A stretch of DNA of 64,000 bases from Myxococcota bacterium. Lineage in GTDB: Bacteria; Myxococcota_A; UBA796; UBA2385. Both the position numbers and the translations under genes were made by a program. Under the pieces are notes generated by a model. That model did not search any database. It saw only the letters and a list, made by a program, of their open reading frames with translations, and had not been told where the DNA came from. Position 1 is the first letter of the stretch, and each line of letters opens with the position of its first letter. Shown here piece by piece: positions 37,881 through 46,482 of this stretch. The DNA lies in the NCBI GenBank assembly GCA_044344255.1, contig JBIJDH010000013.1, forward strand, positions 64,001-128,000, read 5' to 3'.

Positions 37881-38471
37881 ATGCGCCGATTCGCCCCCTC
37901 CGGGTCCTTGTCCCTCCTCGCGCTCCTCCCGATGACGGCGGCCCTCGTCGCATGCCCACCCAAGGCCGCTGAGACCTCGGCGGTCAGCGGCGCCGGGCGC
38001 ATCAACGAAGGCGCCGGCGCCGACGGGCTCATCGAGCAGTCGGTCGATATCAACGGCGACGGCAAGCCGGACGTGCGCAACTACTACCGCGACCGGGTCG
38101 ACGGCCCCCGGCTGCTCGTACGTCGCACCTCCGACCTCAACTGGGACGGCAAGAACGACGTCTCCTCCTGGTTCAACGAGCAGACGGGCCAGCTCGAGAA
38201 GGAGGAGATGGACGCGGACTTTGACGGCCGGGTGGACTGGGTCGACCACTACCAAGGCGGCAAGCGCGCGCTCTCAGAGGTCGACGACGACAACGACGGC
38301 CGCTTCGATCTCTACAAGATCTTCGAGAATGGAAAGGTCCGCAGGAAGGAGCGGGACACGAACGGAGACGGCCGCATCGACCTCTGGGAGTACATGGACG
38401 AGAAGGGTGCGGTCATCAAGGTCGGCCGGGACACCGACAACGACGGTGTCATGGACGTCCGCCAGGACTGA
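37881..38471 (+). CDS. Lipoprotein with Dx(D/N)xDG calcium-binding-like repeats
   Basis: GGAG RBS, lipobox LVAC, six repeats: DINGDG, DLNWDG, DADFDG, DDDNDG, DTNGDG, DTDNDG. Confidence 0.85.
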   Translation: MRRFAPSGSLSLLALLPMTAALVACPPKAAETSAVSGAGRINEGAGADGLIEQSVDINGDGKPDVRNYYRDRVDGPRLLVRRTSDLNWDGKNDVSSWFNEQTGQLEKEEMDADFDGRVDWVDHYQGGKRALSEVDDDNDGRFDLYKIFENGKVRRKERDTNGDGRIDLWEYMDEKGAVIKVGRDTDNDGVMDVRQD

Positions 38472-38519
38472 GCGCCCCCGCTCTACCGCCCGCCGGGTCG
38501 CGGCCCCGATCGGCCGCGC

Positions 38520-39431
38520 TCAGGTCGGTCGAAAGGAGCGTACGAGATCGGCGGTGCTCTGGTCGAGCGAGATCCGCGGCGCCCAGCCGAGCGCCCGGGC
38601 CCGCCCAGGGTCCCCCCGGATCTCGGGAGGGTCATCCGCCCGAAAGCGGCTCGGGTCCTCGAAGACCTCGGGCATCTCTCCGCCGGCCATCTGGCGAATG
38701 AGCTCACGCAAGGTGGGGGCTTCACCCCGGCAGAGGTTGAGCACCGCCCCAGCGGGCGCGACCTCGGCGAAGCGCACGTAGCCGGCAGCGACGTCGCGCA
38801 CATCGGTGTAGTCGCGGCGAAGCGAGAGGTCACCGGTGGTGATCGGACGGGTGCCCTCCGCGATCGCGGCCGCCCACCCCCCGAGGGCGTACTTCCGCGC
38901 CTGTCCGGGGCCGACGTGGTGAAAGGCCCGCACGACGACGCGGTCTGGGTGCGCCTCCGACGCGCGCTCCGACCCGAGCTTGGTCTCGGCGTAGACGCCG
39001 ACCGGCCGGAGGGGATGCGTCTCCGGGATCGGCGTCTCCAGCGGAGCGCCGTACACATGGCAAGTGCTGGCGAGCACGAGCCGCCCCGCGCCGCCCATCG
39101 CGGCCACGAGGTTGCGGGTCCCTTGGACGTTGATGGCCTCCGCGAGAGCGGGATCGGCCGCACAAGCCCGGGGATCGGTGAGGGCCGCGAGGTGGAAGAC
39201 CACGTCGGGGCGAGCCGAGGCGAGGGCCCGCTCCACCGCGCGCGGGTCCCGGAGCTCCACCGCCTCCAGCGACAGGCCCACCGGCGCCGGCCCGCCGCGC
39301 GACCAGCCCCGCACCGTCCACCCCGCCGCCCGGAGCGCCTCGCACAGCCAGCGCCCCGCGAAGCCCGCGGCGCCCGTCACCAGCGCGCTCTTCGTGTCTC
39401 CCTTCGTGTCTCCCTTCGTGTCTCCCTTCAC
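38520..39431 (-). CDS. rmd: NAD-dependent epimerase/reductase, probable GDP-4-keto-6-deoxy-mannose reductase
   Basis: LVTGAAGFAG, YAETK, RAFHHVGPGQ, RRDYTDVRDV. Coupled to gmd. Confidence 0.75.
   Translation of the reverse strand: MKGDTKGDTKGDTKSALVTGAAGFAGRWLCEALRAAGWTVRGWSRGGPAPVGLSLEAVELRDPRAVERALASARPDVVFHLAALTDPRACAADPALAEAINVQGTRNLVAAMGGAGRLVLASTCHVYGAPLETPIPETHPLRPVGVYAETKLGSERASEAHPDRVVVRAFHHVGPGQARKYALGGWAAAIAEGTRPITTGDLSLRRDYTDVRDVAAGYVRFAEVAPAGAVLNLCRGEAPTLRELIRQMAGGEMPEVFEDPSRFRADDPPEIRGDPGRARALGWAPRISLDQSTADLVRSFRPT
39390..39429. repeat. 12-bp tandem repeat x3 (CTTCGTGTCTCC) encoding GDTK repeats at the rmd N-terminus
   Basis: Read directly from the sequence. Confidence 0.9.
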
Positions 39432-40408
39432 GTCTCCTCCCCAAGGGCCCCGCGGGACAGCCGATCGACCTCAAAGCGGACCATGCGCTCGACCAGCCCG
39501 TCGAAGGACAAGGTCGGGCGCCAGCCCAGGCGCTCCCGAGCCTGACGAGCGTCACCTTCCAGCGCCGGCACCTCCGCCGGGCGTATCAGGGCCGGGTCAT
39601 GCTCCACATGGGCCTCGTAGCGGAGGCCGACCGCGTCGAAGGCGCGCTCCACGAAGTCCCGCACAGACCACGACTGGCCGGTGGCGATGACCAGATCCGT
39701 CGGCTGCTCTTGCTCCAACATCAGGCGCATCGCCGCGGTGTAATCCGCTGCGAAGCCCCAGTCTCGCCGAACATCCAGAGAGCCGAGGCGGAGGGGCAAG
39801 GGCGAGCCGGCGCGGATCCGCGCCGCTGCTCGGCAGATCTTGCGGGTCACGAATTCGGCCCCCCGCCGCTCAGACTCGTGGTTGAACAAGATGCCGCCGA
39901 CCGCGAACAGCCCGTAGCTCTCGCGGTAGTTGACCGTGAGCAGGTGGGCGTAGACCTTGGCCACCCCGTAGGGTGAGCGCGGGTGAAAGGGGCTGTCCTC
40001 CCGCTGCGGAGAGCGAGGGGACAGGCCGAACATCTCCGAGCTGCCGGCCTGATAGAAGCGGGCCTCCGGGGCGGCGATGCGGACCGCCTCCAACATTCGC
40101 GCGCAGCCGAGCGCCGTGATCTCGCCGGTGAGCAGGGGCTGCTCCCAAGAGGTGGGGACGAAGCTCTGGGCCGCGAGATTGTAGACGTGATCGGGCCGAA
40201 CACGACGGACGGCGGCGATCAGGCTGGAGAGATCGAGCAGGTCGCCGCCCACGAGCTCAAGGGCCCCCTCCAGGTGCCGGATGCGCCAGCGGTTCGGGCT
40301 CGCGCTCTGGCGGCAGAGGCCCACCACCCGCCACCCGTCGGCGAGGAGCTGCTCCGCGAGGAAGCTCCCGTCCTGGCCGGTGATCCCCGTGATGAGCGCC
40401 GTCGGCAA
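39428..40408 (-). CDS. gmd: GDP-mannose 4,6-dehydratase
   Basis: ALITGITGQDGS, YNLAAQSFV, PRSPYGVAK, GILFNHES.RRG.EFVTRKI, RDWG. Confidence 0.97.
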   Translation of the reverse strand: MPTALITGITGQDGSFLAEQLLADGWRVVGLCRQSASPNRWRIRHLEGALELVGGDLLDLSSLIAAVRRVRPDHVYNLAAQSFVPTSWEQPLLTGEITALGCARMLEAVRIAAPEARFYQAGSSEMFGLSPRSPQREDSPFHPRSPYGVAKVYAHLLTVNYRESYGLFAVGGILFNHESERRGAEFVTRKICRAAARIRAGSPLPLRLGSLDVRRDWGFAADYTAAMRLMLEQEQPTDLVIATGQSWSVRDFVERAFDAVGLRYEAHVEHDPALIRPAEVPALEGDARQARERLGWRPTLSFDGLVERMVRFEVDRLSRGALGEET

Positions 40409-40410
40409 CC

Positions 40411-40887
40411 CTACTCGACCTCGAAGGCCACGGTGTCGAGCGGGATCTCACCATCTCCGACGTACCAGCTCAGCTCGTACTTGCCGGCGTCTGGGTCCTT
40501 GAGCGTGACCGTGGGCTCAAAGCAGGTCTCACAGGTGCCCGCGTCATCGGGGAGGGTCCAGTACTCCCGCACCGTGATCACGTCGCCGTCGGTGTCGACC
40601 TCGGGGGTGAACTCTCCATCGCAATTCTCGTAGACCGGGACATGGGAGACGCGCACGTAGTTGGCGTCGACCGCGACCTCGATCGCCTCCGCAGGTGGGC
40701 TGGCCGGATCGTAGTCGGTGCAGCCCTCGGCGGTCGAGCTCACACGCAGCTCCTGCGGGCCGCAGCCCAGGGCCAGCACCGCGAAGAGCGCCAGCCATCG
40801 CCCATCCTGAAGGCTCGACGCCGACCTCCCTCCCCACTCTGGGCGCACTCTTGCGGGCGATCCCGCGGGCATCTCAGGGCTGCGCAT
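40411..40887 (-). CDS. Hypothetical lipoprotein
   Basis: Lipobox LALGC followed by an acidic Cys-containing beta domain. Start uncertain. Confidence 0.65.
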   Translation of the reverse strand: MRSPEMPAGSPARVRPEWGGRSASSLQDGRWLALFAVLALGCGPQELRVSSTAEGCTDYDPASPPAEAIEVAVDANYVRVSHVPVYENCDGEFTPEVDTDGDVITVREYWTLPDDAGTCETCFEPTVTLKDPDAGKYELSWYVGDGEIPLDTVAFEVE

Positions 40888-40958
40888 TCGGACCTCTCGT
40901 TCGCCTGGAGCTCTCGTTCGCCTGAAGCATACGCCGCGCGACCGCGGAGGGGCCAGCC

Positions 40959-41444
40959 TCAGGCCCCTGGGACGGCGGGGGCGAAGAGCGCGGGCTCAAT
41001 CCGCATCAGGGCGGCGTAGGCCACGATGGCGACCGCGTTCGAGAGGTTGAGGCTGCGGGTGGGGCCTGGCATCGGGATCGTGAAGGCTCCCCGCGCCTCG
41101 ACCAGCGATCGAGGCAGGCCCACGGACTCCCTCCCAAAGACCAGCACGCTGCCGCGCTCGAAGGGGCAGGCGGTGAAGGGCGCCTCGCCGTGTGAGCTGA
41201 AGAGGTGGCTCGGCCGCTCTCCGACCCAAGCCCAGAAGGCCTCGAGGTCTCGGTGCTCCACCACGTCCACGTGCTTCCAGTAGTCGAGGCCGGCGCGCCG
41301 CACCGCCTTCTCGTCGGTCTGGAAGCCGAGGGGGTGAACGAGGTGAAGCCTCGCCCCGACGGCGAGGCAGAGCCGGCCCACGTTGCCGGTGTTCGGCGCG
41401 ATCTCGGGCTCGACGAGCGCGAGGTGCAAGCGGGGCTCGCTCAC
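40959..41444 (-). CDS. trmL: tRNA (cytidine/uridine-34 2'-O)-methyltransferase
   Basis: PEIAPNTGN.GRLC, RRAGLDYW, FGRESVGL, RSLNLSNAVA. Confidence 0.96.
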   Translation of the reverse strand: MSEPRLHLALVEPEIAPNTGNVGRLCLAVGARLHLVHPLGFQTDEKAVRRAGLDYWKHVDVVEHRDLEAFWAWVGERPSHLFSSHGEAPFTACPFERGSVLVFGRESVGLPRSLVEARGAFTIPMPGPTRSLNLSNAVAIVAYAALMRIEPALFAPAVPGA

Positions 41445-42049
41445 GCCTCGGCTTCGGGATCCTGAAAGGCCCCGATGATCACCCGCGCCGGCTCGATCAA
41501 GCGATTGCCGATGCGATACCCGACCGAGAAGACCTCCATCACGACGTTGTCGAGGGCGGGGTCGTGCACGGGGATCGTGGTGATCGCCTCGTGGCTGTTC
41601 GGATCGAAGCGCGCGCCCTTACCGGGCACCTCCTCGAGGCCAAGCTTCTGGAAGCCGTCCATGAACTGGTGCAGCACCATCTCAAGGCCGCGCAGCATGT
41701 CGTCCACGGCCGCCCCCTTTCTCGCCGCCTCCACTGAGCGGCGGAGGTTCTGCACGGGGTCAAAGAGAGAGGTCACCACCTCTCCACGGCGCAGCTCCTC
41801 TTTCAGCGCGGCCTGTCGCTCCAGCCGCTGACGGGTGGCGGAGATGTCGTCCTGCTGCTTCTGGAAGGCGGCGCTCACCGCGCGGAGGCGGCCCCTGAGC
41901 TCCTCCACCGAGGCCTCCAGCTCGGCCACGCGGGGATCAGGCAAGCTGTAGAGCTCGCCGCCGCCTTCCGCGCCCGCTTCGACGGCGCCCTCCATGTCGG
42001 AGGAGGGGGCGGCCTGCGCTTCGTTCTCGGAGCTCGGATCGTTGGACAT
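41441..42049 (-). CDS. grpE: Nucleotide exchange factor GrpE
   Basis: N-terminal coiled coil, FDPNSHEA, GYRIGNRLIEPARV. Confidence 0.92.
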   Translation of the reverse strand: MSNDPSSENEAQAAPSSDMEGAVEAGAEGGGELYSLPDPRVAELEASVEELRGRLRAVSAAFQKQQDDISATRQRLERQAALKEELRRGEVVTSLFDPVQNLRRSVEAARKGAAVDDMLRGLEMVLHQFMDGFQKLGLEEVPGKGARFDPNSHEAITTIPVHDPALDNVVMEVFSVGYRIGNRLIEPARVIIGAFQDPEAEA

Positions 42050-42084
42050 GGTCTTCTCGGGGATTCGGCTGCTCGGGAGCTCGT

Positions 42085-42118
42085 CGTCTCGGGAGGTCTA
42101 CGTCTCGGGAGGTCTACG
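42085..42118. repeat. 16-bp tandem duplication (CGTCTCGGGAGGTCTA x2) upstream of grpE
   Basis: Read directly from the sequence. Confidence 0.85.
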
Positions 42119-42352
42119 GGGACGCCGCGGGATCCGCGGCCGAGGGACGAGGTCGGACGCGGCAACGGTAATCCCCTCCCCTTGGACGTCAACCGGCGGC
42201 GCGCGCGACAGCATGAGGGGACGAGCGTCGCCGGTTCCGGTGTTAGACGCCCCCACCTCGGGGAGCCCGAACGACCGCGCTCCGGTCTCTCTGCTCCCTC
42301 AGTCTGCCCCCTTAGAGGGCCCTCGAACTGGCGCGTGAAGGCAGGTACACGG

Positions 42353-43774
42353 ATGAACGAGAAACAAAGCCGCCTCCTGGTCTGGCTGGCGGCCATCCTG
42401 GTCGGTCTGGTCGCCTTGGTGACCTTCATCGAGAAGCCAAAGGAGCCCGCCGCCGAAGGCGAGAAGGAGTGGAGGCGCCTCTTCCCGGAGGTCGAGGGCA
42501 GCGCCGTCCAGAAGCTCGAGATCAGCCGCGGCGGCGTCCAGGCCACCTTCGAGCGGGAGGGCGCCGAGTGGAAGATGACAGCGCCCAAGGCCACCGCGGC
42601 GGACACCCGCAAGGTCGACGCCCTCGTCGACACCGCCGTGAAGCTCGAGGTCGCAGACGACCTCGGCGCCGATCGTAAGGCAGACTTCGGTCTCTCCCCT
42701 GCCCTCTCCGTGATCAAGATGACCCTCACCGACGGGCGCAGCCTCGACCTCCAGATCGGCGGTGACGCCCCCGTCGGCTGGCAGGGCTACGTCGCGAGCG
42801 GCGACGGCCCAGTGCTGGTCTGCCGATCCCGCCTCTCCGACACCTTCGACAAAGATCCGACCGATCTCCGCACGAAGGCGATCATCCGCCAGCCGAAGGG
42901 CGAGCTGAGCGCGGTGCGGATGGCCGGCGAAGGCCAGGACATTCGCCTCAGCCGAGACGACCACGGCTGGTGGGTCGAGGCCACCACCACCCAGCCCGCG
43001 ACGGTCGGCGAGGCCAGCCCCGCGACGCCGCTCACGATCGCCCGCAGCCGGGCCGACGAGGACCGCCTGGACCGAGCCCTGAGCGCGCTGGACGACATGC
43101 GCGTGGAGCGCTTCCCCGACGGGCCCGTGCTGATCGACCCCGTGCAGCGCAGCATCGAGCTCGAGAGCGACCAGGAGAAGCTGAGCCTCGTGGCGGGCCT
43201 CGAGGTCGAGGGCCTCCGCCTGCTCCAAGGCCCCCTCCAGGAGGGCCCGGTCTACGCACGGACAACCGTCCTCGACAGCAATTTCCGCTTTGAGCCCACG
43301 GCCTGGCTTGGCACCGCGCTGCTCCCAGTCCGAGCCGCCACGCTCGAGACCCTCGTGGTGCAGCTCGGCGACAAGCGACTCGAGGCCAAGAGGGGCGAGA
43401 ACGGCTGGGACCAGAAAGACGCCGAGGGCGTGCTCCGCGCGCTGCAGGAGGTGCGGGTCGACCGTCGCCGCGCCGCCGCGAGCCCGATCGGGGAGCCCTG
43501 GGGCACGGTCTCGCTCGTCGAGCGGGGTCGCACCGAGCTCATCCAGATCCACCAGGCCGAGGCGGACGGCGGGCGGGTGATCGTCGACGCCGCGGGCGGC
43601 GCGCCCATGGTGCTCCCGCCGACCGAGCTGCAGCGCATCCAGGACGCCCTGGACGGCAAGGCTCCCCCCGAGCCGCCGCCCTCCGAGCCCGGCATGGGGA
43701 TGGGCGCGGATGGGATGCCCGATCTCGAGATGCTACAGCGCCAGATCGAGGCGGCGAGCGGCGGCGGGCGCTGA
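42353..43774 (+). CDS. DUF4340-domain membrane-anchored protein
   Basis: N-terminal TM, WKMTAP...AD..KV, DFGLSP, LQIG..AP, DLR motifs; the domain appears repeated. Confidence 0.75.
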   Translation: MNEKQSRLLVWLAAILVGLVALVTFIEKPKEPAAEGEKEWRRLFPEVEGSAVQKLEISRGGVQATFEREGAEWKMTAPKATAADTRKVDALVDTAVKLEVADDLGADRKADFGLSPALSVIKMTLTDGRSLDLQIGGDAPVGWQGYVASGDGPVLVCRSRLSDTFDKDPTDLRTKAIIRQPKGELSAVRMAGEGQDIRLSRDDHGWWVEATTTQPATVGEASPATPLTIARSRADEDRLDRALSALDDMRVERFPDGPVLIDPVQRSIELESDQEKLSLVAGLEVEGLRLLQGPLQEGPVYARTTVLDSNFRFEPTAWLGTALLPVRAATLETLVVQLGDKRLEAKRGENGWDQKDAEGVLRALQEVRVDRRRAAASPIGEPWGTVSLVERGRTELIQIHQAEADGGRVIVDAAGGAPMVLPPTELQRIQDALDGKAPPEPPPSEPGMGMGADGMPDLEMLQRQIEAASGGGR

Positions 43775-43780
43775 TCGCCC

Positions 43781-45181
43781 CTACTGCGGCTTCGGCCCCA
43801 GCTCCAAGGGCCGCTGCAGCACGTAGGGGTCGAGGAGCAGCAGGCCGCGCTGCCCGGGGAGGCCCGCGAGCGCCCGCCACCGCATCCTGAAGAGGCTGCG
43901 GAGAGCCAGGATCAGGGCGAGGCCACCGACCACCAACGCGAGCCCGCCCAGCCGCCCGTCGAACAGCGCGACGACCCCGACGACCAGCACAAAGGAGGCC
44001 GCGGCGAGCGACACCGCCCGCGCGGCGAGCGTCACGGTGAGGAGTCGCACCCCGGCTGTCAACGCGGGCTGCTCCGAGCTCCGAAGGCGCCGCGCCTGCG
44101 ACAGATCACGCCGGGCGGCCGAGAGGTCGCCCCGTCGGAGGTTGAGGAGCGCGGCGGCGAGCGCCACGCTGCCCAGGCCGTGCGTGAGCTCACGGGCGAG
44201 CGGGAGGCTGGCCGAGGCGGCCTCGAGATCCCCTTGGCGCAAGCGGGCCACGGTGAGGTGGAAGGCGAGCAGGGGGTCCGACGGGAAGTAGCGGCTCCCC
44301 ATGAGAGCGGCGGTCTCGGCGGTCGGGAAGAGGCCCAGCTGATCCGCCACGAGGCTCGCCCAGAGGTAGGCCGCTCGCCGATAGTGGTTGCCCTCGTAGG
44401 CAGAGGTGAACCAGGCGAGGGCGTCCTCGGCGTGCCCCTGTCGGAGCTGGCTCAGGCCGTCGCGCAGCGGATCGGCCTCCTCGGCGGGCTCCATCCAAGG
44501 CCCGTCCCCGCCGACCTCGGCGTCCACGCCCGCGTCTTCGACGTCCGTGGCCGCCACCTCACCGGCGCGCCCCGTGAGGATGAGCCCGCAGTCAGCGCTC
44601 TGGTGGAACGTCATCAGGACCTCGACGCCCTCTGTGGCCATCCGCACGCCCTGCAGCACTTTGAGGAATGTGAAGAAGGCCTCCTTCTGCGGCGCCTTGC
44701 CCTCCGATTCAAAGCTGTAGAGGTAGAGCAGGTAGTTCTGCTCGCGGAGCGCGTCCTCACCGTGGGCCCGCACCGAGAACAGCTGCTGCCCGCCCTGCTG
44801 GTCGAGCATGTGGAGCTGGAGGGCCTCGGGCTCCACTGCGGGCAGGCTGCGGCGAAGGAAGGCGACGATCTCGCCCGCGAGCTCGCCGCTGAGCTCCTCC
44901 GAGCCTTCGACCGCCCGGATCGAAGACCACCCGTAGCGGCTGAAGTAGCTCCGGCGGAGCTGGTCGATCCGGCGCCGACAGTGCTGGACCTCGGCCTGCA
45001 CGACTTCGCCGTCTTCATAACGAAGGTTCGCCGACGCGATTCGCCGCTGGTACAGCCGAACCGACTCCTCGAAGGTGTACCTCCGCACGACCCCGTCCCG
45101 ACCGACGATCTCCACGGGGAAATCGACCACCTGGGCGTAGTCCTTTCGGTTGTACCGCCGAAGCTTCCGCGACTTCTCCAT
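43781..45181 (-). CDS. Hypothetical protein: unknown N-domain, TPR region, C-terminal TM hairpin
   Basis: Host-like codon usage, TPR-like helices, two C-terminal hydrophobic segments. Confidence 0.75.
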   Translation of the reverse strand: MEKSRKLRRYNRKDYAQVVDFPVEIVGRDGVVRRYTFEESVRLYQRRIASANLRYEDGEVVQAEVQHCRRRIDQLRRSYFSRYGWSSIRAVEGSEELSGELAGEIVAFLRRSLPAVEPEALQLHMLDQQGGQQLFSVRAHGEDALREQNYLLYLYSFESEGKAPQKEAFFTFLKVLQGVRMATEGVEVLMTFHQSADCGLILTGRAGEVAATDVEDAGVDAEVGGDGPWMEPAEEADPLRDGLSQLRQGHAEDALAWFTSAYEGNHYRRAAYLWASLVADQLGLFPTAETAALMGSRYFPSDPLLAFHLTVARLRQGDLEAASASLPLARELTHGLGSVALAAALLNLRRGDLSAARRDLSQARRLRSSEQPALTAGVRLLTVTLAARAVSLAAASFVLVVGVVALFDGRLGGLALVVGGLALILALRSLFRMRWRALAGLPGQRGLLLLDPYVLQRPLELGPKPQ

Positions 45182-45242
45182 GATCGGCTGGTCCGCGGCC
45201 TCCGTTCAAGTGGGCCAGTCTCCCGCGACGACGCGCCTGTGC

Positions 45243-45273
45243 GACCGCAGTGGGATCTGACCGCAGTGGGATC
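45243..45273. repeat. 15-bp direct repeat (GACCGCAGTGGGATC x2, 16-bp period) in a divergent intergenic region
   Basis: Read directly from the sequence. Confidence 0.85.
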
Positions 45274-45362
45274 CCCTTGAGGGTACCACCCTCGCCAGCA
45301 GACCGGCAAGCGGCCTCGCGGGCGCTTCGGCCCCTCACGGCGCCGCGGGCCCACCTCGTCGC

Positions 45363-45388
45363 GCAATAAGGAGTCCGGCCTCTGCGTA
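45363..45388 (+). promoter_or_regulatory. Candidate ECF-type autoregulatory promoter
   Basis: GCAATA-N16-CGTA about 30 nt upstream of the sigma gene, resembling the SigW-type TGAAAC-N16-CGTA layout. Inference only. Confidence 0.35.
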
Positions 45389-45418
45389 GCTGACTTGATC
45401 TCCGAGGAAGGGCCCCCT

Positions 45419-46021
45419 GTGATCCTCCAGCTGCACGACAACCCCTTCGACGAGCTGGCCCGTGTCCGGGCCGCCGTCTCCGGCGACGCGTCCGCCCGCC
45501 AATGGGTGGTCGAGCGATACACCCCGATGGTGTTCCGCTACGCTCGCCGGATGCTCGGAGACGAGCAGGACGCGCATGACGCGGCGCAAGACAGCCTCGT
45601 CAAGGTGCTGCGCAACCTCGAGCGCTACGACGAGCGCTGGCGCTTCACCACCTGGGTGCTCGGCATCACGCGCAACACCTGCATCGACGAGCTCCGCCGC
45701 CGCCGCTTCCGCTCCTCAGAGGAGGCCCCCGAGACGGCCGATCCCGGCCCTGGGCCGCTCGAGCTGACCGCCCGCCAACGCTCCGCCGCCGTGTTGCAGG
45801 CCGCCCTCGCTCGCCTGCCGGACCTCTACCGAGAGGTGCTGCTGCTGTACCACTTCGAGCACTTGAAGTACCAAGAGATCGCGGACATCCTCGACATCCC
45901 CATCGGAACGATCATGAACCGGATCTTTCGCGCCCGCGCCAAGCTGCGAGAGGCCTACGAGGCCATCGAAGCGGGCACGGACGCTGAGGCCCCGCGTGGG
46001 CGGGCGGGAGCCACAGCATGA
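45419..46021 (+). CDS. ECF RNA polymerase sigma factor
   Basis: DAHDAAQD, FTTWVLGITRNTCIDELRRR, LPDLYREVLLL, YQEIADILDIPIGTIMNRIFRAR. Confidence 0.95.
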   Translation: MILQLHDNPFDELARVRAAVSGDASARQWVVERYTPMVFRYARRMLGDEQDAHDAAQDSLVKVLRNLERYDERWRFTTWVLGITRNTCIDELRRRRFRSSEEAPETADPGPGPLELTARQRSAAVLQAALARLPDLYREVLLLYHFEHLKYQEIADILDIPIGTIMNRIFRARAKLREAYEAIEAGTDAEAPRGRAGATA

Positions 46022-46482
46022 GCCACCCCACCGCCGAGACCCTCCGCCTCTTTGTCGACGGGACCCTCGTTGAGTCCGAGGTCGTCGAGGTCGCCCTCCA
46101 CCTCGACGCCTGCCCGCGCTGCGCCCAGGCGGCGGCCCGCCAGGATCCCCTCGATCTCGCCTTCGCCGCCCTCGATGAGCCAGCGCACCCGCCGGAGCTC
46201 GCTCAGGCGGCGCTCGCGCAGGCCTCCACCCCCGTGAAGGCAGGCCCCGAGATGATCATCGCCACCCTGCTCCTGCTCGCGGGGCTCGGCGTCCTGCTCG
46301 TCCTCGGCGCCCCTGTGGAGCTCCTCACCCGCGCGGCGGTGGTGCTTCAAGCCCTCCGTGCCACCGTCTCGGCCGTCACCGCGGGGGGAGGCCTCGAGCT
46401 CTTGTGGCTCGGCCTCGCCGCCGCCCTGCTGCTGTTCAGCGTCATCGCGGCGCGTCGACTGGACGCCCGGAGGAGCGCCTGA
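46018..46482 (+). CDS. Zinc-finger (zf-HC2) transmembrane anti-sigma factor
   Basis: HLDACPRC (HxxxCxxC) plus two TMs. Coupled to the sigma gene (ATGA). Confidence 0.85.
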   Translation: MSHPTAETLRLFVDGTLVESEVVEVALHLDACPRCAQAAARQDPLDLAFAALDEPAHPPELAQAALAQASTPVKAGPEMIIATLLLLAGLGVLLVLGAPVELLTRAAVVLQALRATVSAVTAGGGLELLWLGLAAALLLFSVIAARRLDARRSA

